A stretch of 47,713 nt of DNA from an uncultured bacterium. GTDB taxonomy: Bacteria > B130-G9. Where the stretch lies: positions 1 to 47,713 of the forward strand of contig CBDVDH010000027.1 of NCBI GenBank assembly GCA_965372715.1, read 5' to 3'. How positions within the stretch are numbered: the stretch's first letter is position 1; each line of letters opens with the position of its first letter. This document shows positions 39,458 through 47,713 of this stretch, in pieces. Under the pieces are notes generated by a model that searched no databases, had not been told where the DNA came from, and saw only the letters and a list, made by a program, of their open reading frames with translations. The position numbers and the translations under genes were made by a program.

Positions 39458-39886
39458 GTGATAAGAAGTGACGAGGACTTCCCTGCATATCTGGACCGGC
39501 AGAAGCTTGCCCGGTTTCTCCACAAGAGTCTCAAGCCCTTTGAAGACCCGGTAACCGACATTCTTAGCGGCATTGAGTATGCTCTTTCGTCCGGCCCGGG
39601 GGAAGGGGGCTTCATTCTAGTCGCGGAAACCGCTGGTGGGCTCGCGGGAGCGCTGGTGATGCTGCGAACAGGTATGAGGGGCTACGTCCCCGAGAATCTG
39701 CTCCTCTTTGTGGCGGTGTCGCCGTCATTGAGGGGCAAGGGCATTGGAGTGAGACTGGTTAGGGAGGCGGTGCAGGTCAGCGATGGCGACGTCAAACTTC
39801 ACGTCGAGCACGCGAATCCAGCCAAGCGACTCTACGATCGACTCGGCTTCACAAATAAATACGCTGAGATGCGGTATATCAAATGA
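39458..39886 (+). CDS. GNAT-family N-acetyltransferase
   Basis: VAVSPSLRGKGIG acetyl-CoA motif; NPAKRLYDRLGF. Confidence 0.9.
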   Translation: MIRSDEDFPAYLDRQKLARFLHKSLKPFEDPVTDILSGIEYALSSGPGEGGFILVAETAGGLAGALVMLRTGMRGYVPENLLLFVAVSPSLRGKGIGVRLVREAVQVSDGDVKLHVEHANPAKRLYDRLGFTNKYAEMRYIK

Positions 39887-41061
39887 GTCGAGTCATTATT
39901 GACCTCCACGCGTTGGCCCACAATCTCAACGCAATTAATGCCTGGATGGAGCGTCACGGCGCTACCTGGACGGTAGTTACCAAGGTTCTGTGTGGTCATA
40001 CAGAGTCGCTACGCGCTTTGCAGCTTCTGGGCATCCGGTCGATGGGCGATTCTCGGCTGGATAACCTCCGCGCCATAGAGCGAGTCATCCCTCATTTCGA
40101 GGCATGGTACCTACGAGGGCCTTCCCTTTCGTCGGTCGATGAGACCGTGCGCCTGGCCGATGTGAGCCTCAACAGCGAGATCGAGGTCATTGAGGCGCTT
40201 AGCGGAGCGAGCGCACACCTCGGCAAGCTTCATCGCGTCATTATCATGATTGAGCTAGGCGACCTCCGGGAGGGGATATTGCCGGGCTCGCTGATGAGGT
40301 TCTACGAGCAGGTGTTTCGATTGCCGCACATTCGGGTTATTGGGATCGGCGCCAACCTGGGCTGTCTTGCTGGTGCGGTGCCGACCGTTGATCAGTTCAT
40401 GCAGCTTATGCTTTACCGTGAACTGCTTGAGCTGAAGTTCGAGCGCAGCCTGCCTATGATCTCCGCCGGCTCTACCGTCTCGCTGCCGCTTGTTATTGAC
40501 GGTCAGCTGCCCAAAGCTATTAATCACTTCCGCATAGGTGAGGCGGTTTTCTTGGGTAACAATCTGATTGACGGGGGCACGTTACCTGGACTTCGCGACG
40601 ACGTGATGTTGCTGGAGGCAGAGATCACGGAGATCAAGAAGAAGGGGCTAGTTCCGCTGGTTGAGACTACTTCCATAACTCCTTTCGAGAACGATATGGA
40701 TGAGGACGCGACTTCGCCTGGGCAGCGGGGCTACCGGGCGCTGGTCAACATAGGAGAACTGGACACAGACGTTTCTGGGCTGACGCCGGTAAGCGAGAAT
40801 TATAGGATTGCAGGGGCGAGTAGCGACATAACTGTCATCAATGTGGGCGAAAAGAGCGGCGGTCTGAGAGTAGGCGATAAGATGCGCTTTCGTTTGGACT
40901 ACTCAGCTCTTCTCAGGCTTATGAGCGGAGAATATGTCCAGAAGGTCGTCGATCCCCCCCTTGAAGAATTCAAGAAGGCCTGCCAGGGCCAACAATGCAA
41001 CGTTCTCCCAGCCGTTTTGCAGACCGTCGAGAATGGAGGTTCCGAGAGGACCGATGGTTGA
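39883..41061 (+). CDS. PLP-dependent alanine/ornithine racemase-family enzyme
   Basis: VVTKVLCG (PLP lysine), DSRLDN, MIELGDLREG, GIGANLGC, HFRIGEA, GASSD. Confidence 0.88.
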   Translation: MSRVIIDLHALAHNLNAINAWMERHGATWTVVTKVLCGHTESLRALQLLGIRSMGDSRLDNLRAIERVIPHFEAWYLRGPSLSSVDETVRLADVSLNSEIEVIEALSGASAHLGKLHRVIIMIELGDLREGILPGSLMRFYEQVFRLPHIRVIGIGANLGCLAGAVPTVDQFMQLMLYRELLELKFERSLPMISAGSTVSLPLVIDGQLPKAINHFRIGEAVFLGNNLIDGGTLPGLRDDVMLLEAEITEIKKKGLVPLVETTSITPFENDMDEDATSPGQRGYRALVNIGELDTDVSGLTPVSENYRIAGASSDITVINVGEKSGGLRVGDKMRFRLDYSALLRLMSGEYVQKVVDPPLEEFKKACQGQQCNVLPAVLQTVENGGSERTDG

Positions 41062-42136
41062 CTCGCTGCGTGAGGCATACGAGCGCGACCGAAATGTCTG
41101 GGACTCATGCGCCGGGAACTATGAGGATCAGATTATCTGCGGGCATCCAGACATTGTCGCATACGAGGCTTTTGAGGAGGATTTTCTCGACCGCATCTTG
41201 CTTTATCTCGTCCGCGAGTGTGGCGTGTCCGTTGAATTGTTTGATGTCGGCTGCGGGTCTGGCCGTTTACATCTGCGCTATGGTCTGAAAGTGACCGATG
41301 ATGCGGATTTGGACCCCGATTTGGGGGAAAGGCTCCGCCGGGCGCGCCAGTCCATTCCCGGTAGTGAGTACGACGCCCTGCTGGCGCGCCGGCTACGTGC
41401 TGTCAGGGGATTGGATTTCTCGGAGTCAATGATCAAGCTAGCCGAGAAGAAGCTCGCGGCTGCGGGGCTGGGCCCCTCGATTAGCACGAGGTTGTTTCTT
41501 CGGGTAGGTTCTGGATTTGACCTGAAGCAACTGAGGAAATACCCGGTGCCAGTCGCTGTTTCCCTGTGCAACAGCATCGGCGTCATGCAGGGTCCGTCAG
41601 GCGCAGTGGAGCTCTTCAAGGCGATGCGCCGTGCTGTGGAGTCCGCGGGAGGCATTGCGATCATTAGCGCTTACGCTAAGCAGGCAGTTGAGACATTTGC
41701 GCTAGGTAATTACGAATCCACAATGAACGTTTGTGGCCAGCCGCTGTGGCTGGAGCCGGACACGTATGCCGACTCCAGCTACACTCAGGTCCCCCGAGCC
41801 TATAAGCGGGCTCACGACCCGGACCGGACGATCCGGGTCGATGTCTTTGACCAAAAGGGCCAGCTCTTGAAAGAGAAGTTTATGCTCCGTCGTAGCGAGC
41901 CGGCCGTTCAACAGGTCATCGAAACGGGTCACATTGAAACGCATTCTGATTATGAATCTTACTGGTATAGCTTCGAGCAATTCGAGGAGTGGATCGACAG
42001 CCTGTGGCCGAAGCGCCAATCATATCATCTTGTAGGTAAGAACATTGACGCACTTCGCGCCGAACCTGCACAGATCGCTATTCTTGATGCGGGCGGACGC
42101 CTCGAGCGATTGCTGAACCGCTGGCAAGGCGTGTAA
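41054..42136 (+). CDS. Class I SAM-dependent methyltransferase
   Basis: GAGAGGA RBS; LFDVGCGSGR (motif I), VRGLDFSESMI (motif II). Confidence 0.8.
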   Translation: MVDSLREAYERDRNVWDSCAGNYEDQIICGHPDIVAYEAFEEDFLDRILLYLVRECGVSVELFDVGCGSGRLHLRYGLKVTDDADLDPDLGERLRRARQSIPGSEYDALLARRLRAVRGLDFSESMIKLAEKKLAAAGLGPSISTRLFLRVGSGFDLKQLRKYPVPVAVSLCNSIGVMQGPSGAVELFKAMRRAVESAGGIAIISAYAKQAVETFALGNYESTMNVCGQPLWLEPDTYADSSYTQVPRAYKRAHDPDRTIRVDVFDQKGQLLKEKFMLRRSEPAVQQVIETGHIETHSDYESYWYSFEQFEEWIDSLWPKRQSYHLVGKNIDALRAEPAQIAILDAGGRLERLLNRWQGV

Positions 42137-42194
42137 CGGCCCGCCCGAACCGTCATCGCCTCGTGGTGATTTGTATCCATTGCGGAGGTAACCA

Positions 42195-43670
42195 TTGTCC
42201 AATCAGCTAATACTGTGGGCTATCGTCGTTGGCTACATAGTGTTCGTGTTCATTAAGGGCGTCCTGAAGGCCAAGAAGATCGGCAGCACTGACGACTTCC
42301 TGCTCGCCGGGCGCAATGTTGGGTGGTTCTTTCTCTTTTGCACGATGGGCGCGACGGTCATAGGAGGCGGCGCCTCAATCGGGGCTATCGGCAAGACCTA
42401 TGATTGGGGCATCATGATGGTCCTGGTCTCAACGGGCTGGTATATTCATTTCATTTTCTCAGGCTTGGTTGTAGCCCCGAAGTTTCGGAAAGCAGAGCTC
42501 TATACGGTCGCGGGGTATTTTGGCCACCGCTTTGGCGAGGGCCCGCGATTCTTGGTTCTGATTCTCTCTCTTCTGTTCTCGGTCTTCATCGTTGCCGCGC
42601 AGATGGCAGCTTTCGGCACAGTTCTATCCGCCATTCTCCCGCAATTTGCCGATGCTCAGAATGTCTTGCGGTGGGCCATCCTCATCGGCGGCTCGATGGT
42701 CGTCATCTACAGCACCGCCGGCGGCTTGCTCGCGGTTATCCATACCGATGTGTATCAGTTCATCGTTCTACTTCTGGGGTTCATCATCACCCTGTTCGCC
42801 TGCGTCCCGGATATCGTAGGCTCCTGGGGGCGAGTTACGGATATCGTCCCTGCTGAGTTCCTTCAGCTGGAAGGAGGCAAAGGCTGGATATTTCTCATTA
42901 CGACCTTTCTGGCCTTCCTACTTGGCGAGACCTTCGCGCCCGGCTACGCGACTCGCTATTGCGTCGGGAAGGACATCAGACAAACTCGCCTCGGCATCGC
43001 CGGCGTTGGCTTTTTTCTGGCGATTGTGTTTCCCGTTGTGCTCTTCTTCATCGCGCTTTACGCCCGAATTCACTTTCCCGATATCGAGCCGCAACAAGCG
43101 TTGCCCATGGTCGTGCAGCAGCTGAACAACCCCATCCTCGGGGGTCTCATCATCGGCGCACTTCTCATGGCCGTCATGTCATCCGCCGACTCGGCCCTGA
43201 ACTCCTCCACCGCTATCTTCGTCAAGGACCTCTTTGAGCATCAACTCGGCTGGAAGGACAAGGGTGACGGGAAGATGCTGAGGCTTGCCCGCATCTGCTC
43301 CGCCGCGCTGGGGGCCGCGGCCATTCTGGTTGCCATCCTTTGGTCCGACATCATCGGTCTGTTACTCTTCACGTATCACGTCTGGGCACCGGCGATCATC
43401 CTTCCCGTGGTCGTGGGAGTGCTGTCAAAGAGACGCTCCAGGAAGCTCGCAAGAGACATCTTTGTCACGATGCTCGTCGCGACAGGGGCCACACTGGCCT
43501 ACCGAGCCATCCTTTTCCTAAATGCCAAGTTCAGCTGGGCGCCCTTTGGCAGGGCCGCTCATCAATTCATGGCGACGTTTGACCCATCAGTCTTCGGCGT
43601 CATCGTGTCCTGCCTGGCCTTCTCTGCCCTTAAGCTGTTTCTCCGCAACAAGGACGACACGACTCATTGA
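42195..43670 (+). CDS. Sodium:solute symporter (SSS family)
   Basis: DDFLLAGR, YSTAGGLLAVIHTDVYQF, AVMSSADS; about 13 TM segments. Confidence 0.92.
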   Translation: MSNQLILWAIVVGYIVFVFIKGVLKAKKIGSTDDFLLAGRNVGWFFLFCTMGATVIGGGASIGAIGKTYDWGIMMVLVSTGWYIHFIFSGLVVAPKFRKAELYTVAGYFGHRFGEGPRFLVLILSLLFSVFIVAAQMAAFGTVLSAILPQFADAQNVLRWAILIGGSMVVIYSTAGGLLAVIHTDVYQFIVLLLGFIITLFACVPDIVGSWGRVTDIVPAEFLQLEGGKGWIFLITTFLAFLLGETFAPGYATRYCVGKDIRQTRLGIAGVGFFLAIVFPVVLFFIALYARIHFPDIEPQQALPMVVQQLNNPILGGLIIGALLMAVMSSADSALNSSTAIFVKDLFEHQLGWKDKGDGKMLRLARICSAALGAAAILVAILWSDIIGLLLFTYHVWAPAIILPVVVGVLSKRRSRKLARDIFVTMLVATGATLAYRAILFLNAKFSWAPFGRAAHQFMATFDPSVFGVIVSCLAFSALKLFLRNKDDTTH

Positions 43671-43837
43671 TGGCCGAGGGGGCTCCCCATGCTCCTTCTT
43701 CGGAAACCACAAATGACAAACCTCCTCACCTACAGACGGAGCAAAAGATAATCGACAGAATTGTATTGCTAGCCAACGGTCAAGTGAATACCCGGGGCGT
43801 TTCCGTTTCTTACGAGAACTTCTCAGACTTCACCTGC

Positions 43838-43866
43838 TTGACAGTTTCGGACTGCATAATTATGTT
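43838..43866 (+). promoter_or_regulatory. Probable sigma70 promoter for the tRNA pair
   Basis: TTGACA-17 nt-TATGTT ending 10 nt before tRNA-Ile. Confidence 0.55.
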
Positions 43867-43876
43867 TGGCGTTGAT

Positions 43877-43950
43877 GGGCCTATAGCTCAGTTGGTTAGA
43901 GCGCGCGCCTGATAAGTGCGAGGTCCCTGGTTCGAATCCAGGTAGGCCCA
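43877..43950 (+). tRNA. tRNA-Ile(GAT), CCA not encoded
   Basis: GGGCCTA...TAGGCCCA acceptor stem, anticodon loop CTGATAA, T-loop GTTCGAATC. Confidence 0.97.
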
Positions 43951-44001
43951 TTTAAGGATTCTTGCATCTGATTCGAGATCAAGTGCAGGGAAGTGCGAGA
44001 T

Positions 44002-44074
44002 GGGGGTGTAGCTCAGTTGGGAGAGCACCTGCTTTGCACGCAGGGGGTCAGCGGTTCGAATCCGCTCACCTCCA
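44002..44074 (+). tRNA. tRNA-Ala(TGC), full CCA not encoded
   Basis: GGGGGTG...CACCTCCA acceptor stem with G3:U70, anticodon loop TTTGCAC, GTTCGAATC. Confidence 0.97.
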
Positions 44075-44836
44075 CCTCTATTCGGCAGCCTTCCCGGACG
44101 TTTCACGGTGTTGGATCATAGAATACCTACTTTCCCTGTTTAGCCTTGTTGTTACACTGTCATGCTCAGGTAAACGGCACAAAAACCGCGGTTGAAACAG
44201 GTGAGGTGGGGAGGACGTGGCGTCAAGTTGCGATCGTGGGATGATCGGCTGGACAGCAAGCGACTCGAGGGTGTGCGGCACAATAACGGCACACTGGCAG
44301 TTTCACACTTCCGGTCAGTCGGTCGATAAGACCCACAATGCCCCAAATGATGTCCTGGCGGCGCTCCTGGGGCCGTGGGCTGTGTGAGTGGTGTCAGGAC
44401 CCGAGGGTCAAAACGTCTCTGCGGGCGTCTGGCGCAATTTTCTCAGATCGGACGTCCCGGTCGTCACATCCCCACGAATTTCGCGCCGAGAATCCTGAGC
44501 AAGCGATGATACGCGCACAATTCGCCGAAAATGTCTTGGTACAGCATCGCAGGATACTCGTATGGCAAGTACCCACTTTGTTTGGTCTCCTCCATGCAGA
44601 TCGGGATCTTGCTCTCTCTTAAGTGCCGACAGCCTGCTCGATAATCTTGCTTCCCGGCTCGTGTCAGGCGAGAAATTCCCAGAACAGAGCTCCAGTTTCG
44701 CGGTCGAATCTGTTCTGCCGATTCGCATCCTGTTCTCAGGATCGGCGAGTGTAACCTTGACTTACAGAACCTCCTCATTATGATTTTGAGCGTGGTGCGA
44801 TTTCGGGATTGATGAGGACCTATTGCGGGCATTCCA

Positions 44837-46042
44837 ATGGCAGATCAGTCTTCACCAGAAGGGCATAGACAGAGGCTTAGGGAGCGGTTTCTGGCCGGCA
44901 AGCCAGAGGCCCACTCTGACGAGGCGCTGCTGGAGCTGCTTCTGACCTATGCCATCCCAAGAAGGGACGTGAAACCGCTGGCGCACAAGATGATCTCCAC
45001 GTTTGGGGATCTATCCTCCGTCCTCAAAACCAGCCCAGAAGCCCTCTGTAAATCCATTGGCATTAAGATAAGTTCGGCCACTCTGATCAAGCTTGTCAAT
45101 TACATCCACTCTGAACATTCGGACGAGCCCACAGAGGCCGGTCAGGAAGTGACAGCGCCTCGCCCAGTGCCTGAGAAGTACGAGGGACAAGTATCCCTGT
45201 TCCAAGGAGCCACCGAAGAGGCAGCATCAAAGATTGACGGTCAGGCGAAGCCGAGCAAGGCAAAGGTCTCTCGCACACGCACAACACCCATACCAAGTCG
45301 GGGGACTGGCCTGTTCAGCATTGGCCTCCTTAAGGAAGCCATTGATCTTCTGCCGTCGCTTCCTGAGACAGAATCGCTGGATGAGGTCAAGGATCATATA
45401 AGATCGAATCTGCGCTGCAATGCAGAGCAGACGAGGGACCGTTATACCAGCTACATAATCAGGCGGATGTTCCCTGACGGTTACGCAGATTATGCACTGC
45501 GTGCATTTGCGAAGTGTTTTCGGGACACTCGTGACCTCAAAGAGGTCTGCTATTACCGGTTCATAAAAGCAGAACCGCTCATCCAGCGTGTCGTAACGGA
45601 CCTTTTCCTCCCCAGCATCGGGAAGGGCAGCATTCATAGAGCGCGGCTCATTGACTATCTGACGGACTTGTATCCAAGTTCAAGAAGTATCGGCAAGAGC
45701 GCGAGAGCCATCGCTGAAGTTCTATCTTCAGGAGGAGTGGCGGCATCAAACAAGGACGAGCTCTCTTTTGGGTATCGAGATATCCCCCTACCGACTTTCG
45801 CATTCATTGTCCATAGTGAGTTCGCAGAGCCTGGGATGTATGATCTGTCGAAACTGGAAAACAACGCGACCATTCGGGCGATGTTGTGGAGGCCTGACAG
45901 AGTGCTTCCTGCCCTTTATGAGCTCAGGAATACGGGAGTAATCAGCAAGATATCAGAGATCGACTCAGTCCGCCAATTCACGCTCAAGTTCTCGCTCCAG
46001 AAGGCTGTCGAATATATCACCGCTTCTGGTGAGCAAAGATGA
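44837..46042 (+). CDS. Fusion of RadC (UPF0758) N-terminal helical domain to a BrxA-like domain; no JAB/MPN domain
   Basis: GHRQRLRERF...DEALLELLLTYAIPRRDVKPLA...FGDLSSVL (RadC N-terminus); P/E/A linker; LRCNAEQTRDRYTSYIIRRMF and KSARAIAEVLSSGG resemble BrxA; no HxH JAB motif. Confidence 0.65.
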   Translation: MADQSSPEGHRQRLRERFLAGKPEAHSDEALLELLLTYAIPRRDVKPLAHKMISTFGDLSSVLKTSPEALCKSIGIKISSATLIKLVNYIHSEHSDEPTEAGQEVTAPRPVPEKYEGQVSLFQGATEEAASKIDGQAKPSKAKVSRTRTTPIPSRGTGLFSIGLLKEAIDLLPSLPETESLDEVKDHIRSNLRCNAEQTRDRYTSYIIRRMFPDGYADYALRAFAKCFRDTRDLKEVCYYRFIKAEPLIQRVVTDLFLPSIGKGSIHRARLIDYLTDLYPSSRSIGKSARAIAEVLSSGGVAASNKDELSFGYRDIPLPTFAFIVHSEFAEPGMYDLSKLENNATIRAMLWRPDRVLPALYELRNTGVISKISEIDSVRQFTLKFSLQKAVEYITASGEQR

Positions 46043-46569
46043 GGGCGAGCGAAATAGTGGAGACATTGCTCGGCAAGCTTGCGGTGGCAGCGGGGAGACA
46101 TCTCTATGGAGTTCTGGGGAGCTATCGTGCGCTTGACGAGTTCGCCAAGACTCTCCAGGAGGCGAACGCCCCGAACGGGACGCCATTCCCAAGGCCCTTG
46201 AATGTCAACAGAGCGATACTTGATGCAATTCCCGACGATGAGTTCAAGCGCCTCGTTGAGAAGGAGGCCCAAAGGCCTGAACCGACAGCGAAGCATGTGG
46301 CCAAGGCATTCAAGGAGGTTCTCCGCGCTCATCTGACTGGCAAGGGGCTGTTGGTCCTTTCAAATCTCGAGATGCTTTTCGCATACCGAGTTGAACTTGA
46401 CCCACTGCGGACCCTGGCGACCGATGAGGACAGAATACTCCTTCTCTTGCCCGGCAAGCGCACCGGCGATAAGGTCTTCATGTTTCACGAGAGCGACGAG
46501 GCGAACTGCACACTGCCAAAAGGCCTAATAGCGGGTGATCGCCTATGGGCAATCTCGGAGGGAAAATGA
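46039..46569 (+). CDS. BrxF/BrxB-like degenerate P-loop-fold protein (BREX-associated)
   Basis: LNVNRAIL, LLVLSNLEMLF, LDPLRTL, ILLLLPG pattern; ATGA-coupled to both neighbours. Confidence 0.65.
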   Translation: MRASEIVETLLGKLAVAAGRHLYGVLGSYRALDEFAKTLQEANAPNGTPFPRPLNVNRAILDAIPDDEFKRLVEKEAQRPEPTAKHVAKAFKEVLRAHLTGKGLLVLSNLEMLFAYRVELDPLRTLATDEDRILLLLPGKRTGDKVFMFHESDEANCTLPKGLIAGDRLWAISEGK

Positions 46570-47702
46570 ACGGCAGAGACAATTTTGACCCCGACCAGAC
46601 AGGAATTCTGGGCAAGAAAGCTCCCAAGATGCCCGACGGCTACTATTCGGGCGACAAGCCGAATCCTAATCTCCGGGCGTTTGTGGAGGCACATATCAAA
46701 GAGCGGCCATACGATCCAGAGACTGACGACTACGATGTGCCGGCGTTCGATAAGCCGATTATGACCACAAAGGCGACTGCTATATACAACATGCACTCAT
46801 ATCATCTGGGCAAGAAGCCCCACGACGCGATTAGGGAGTACATTCGGCACTACACTAAGCCGGGAGATCTAGTGCTCGATCCGTTCTGTGGTTCGGGTGG
46901 CACGGCGCTTGCGGCCCTGATGGAAGGCCGGAAGACGATAGCAATAGACAGAAGCCCGGCCGCGACGTTCATAACGAAGAACTACTGCACCCCGGTGGAT
47001 GTTGGCGAGCTGCAGAAGGCATTCGAGGAGCTCAAGCGCAAGGTCAAGCCCGAGATCGACTGGCTTTACGAGACCCGTTGCGACCGCTGCGGCGGCAAGG
47101 CTACGACCGCCTACACCGTGTACTCGCAGGTCTTCCAATGCCCGCGATGCCTCGAGAAGGTGCCGTTATTCGATTGCATTGAGGCCGAAGGTCAGACTGC
47201 GAAGGGAGAAGCGAAGGCCGTCAAGGCATGCCCCCACTGCCACGACAGGGACATTGCCGAGGAGATAAGCACACGTAGCGAGAGGTTCGGTGCCGTGCCC
47301 GTTCTGGTGCGCTACCTCTGCAATAATGGTTGCAGGCCGAGCCGGGGAGAACGCCGGCACGACGATGCCGACTGCAAGAAGCAGGAGTGCTTCGACAAGT
47401 TTGATTTAGCGAAGCTCGAAGAGATTGAAGGCAAAGATATCCCGCACTGGTATCCAAAGGATCGGATGATGCACGCCCCCGAAGATCAGGAGTGCTGGGG
47501 AGTTAAGTGGCGAAAGGGAACGAGCAATTTCCGAACAGTTGCCGAGCTTTACACTAAGCGCAATCTGTGGGCGCTTGCAGCCATTCTAAACGCATTGAAG
47601 TCAATCGCGATGACAGAAGCGCTTAGATTCGGCTTTGAGGGTGTATTGATTAACCTCTCTAGTGTAGTGTATCTTATTTACCTTTCACATACGAGGTTGT
47701 AG
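46566..47702 (+). CDS. DNA methyltransferase (PglX/PglXI-like) with zinc ribbons; apparently truncated before the catalytic motif
   Basis: HSYHLGKKPH, VLDPFCGSGGT (motif I), CDRC, CPRC, CPHC; no (D/N)PPY before the stop. Confidence 0.8.
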   Translation: MNGRDNFDPDQTGILGKKAPKMPDGYYSGDKPNPNLRAFVEAHIKERPYDPETDDYDVPAFDKPIMTTKATAIYNMHSYHLGKKPHDAIREYIRHYTKPGDLVLDPFCGSGGTALAALMEGRKTIAIDRSPAATFITKNYCTPVDVGELQKAFEELKRKVKPEIDWLYETRCDRCGGKATTAYTVYSQVFQCPRCLEKVPLFDCIEAEGQTAKGEAKAVKACPHCHDRDIAEEISTRSERFGAVPVLVRYLCNNGCRPSRGERRHDDADCKKQECFDKFDLAKLEEIEGKDIPHWYPKDRMMHAPEDQECWGVKWRKGTSNFRTVAELYTKRNLWALAAILNALKSIAMTEALRFGFEGVLINLSSVVYLIYLSHTRL

Positions 47703-47713
47703 AGCGGGGCCAG

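Noticed and set aside
40934-41053. N-terminal extension of the methyltransferase ORF
   Set aside because: Lies inside the racemase gene; RBS supports ATG 41054
44100-44832. Short ORFs between tRNA-Ala and the BREX-like genes as an integrase remnant
   Set aside because: No recognisable recombinase motif in any listed frame
44837-46042. Plain radC
   Set aside because: Only the N-terminal helical part matches; the JAB metal-binding motif is absent

Overview
A 47.7 kb GC-rich window from a probably anaerobic, flagellated bacterium (lineage not determinable from the sequence alone). Left to right: two secreted proteins; a ferredoxin-fused etfAB pair; an accessory region (about 5-17 kb) with an OLD-family nuclease, B12-binding radical SAM enzyme, multidomain S8 protease, Fic, DUF4062 and an RdhA/QueG-like Fe-S protein, littered with Fic fragments, duplicated gene 3' ends, phased TGTCGC arrays and REP-like palindromes; plsC-ispH; a sigma54-type flagellar basal body/hook operon (flgBC-fliEFGHIJ-motE-like-fliK-flgD-TIGR02530-flgE); an orphan efflux adaptor; a GT-C glycosyltransferase; porCDAB; a GNAT-racemase-methyltransferase-SSS symporter operon; tRNA-Ile/tRNA-Ala without rRNA; and the start of a BREX-3-like defence locus. 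Most notable: (1) two tandem, covarying three-way-junction RNA structures between an RNase-like TIGR02530 gene and flgE; (2) a 43-bp inverted repeat bracketing motE-like and fliK; (3) an accessory region built on Fic pieces and four co-oriented TGTCGC arrays; (4) a RadC N-terminus/BrxA-like fusion heading the BREX-like locus. All calls are from motif recognition by eye; no searches were run.
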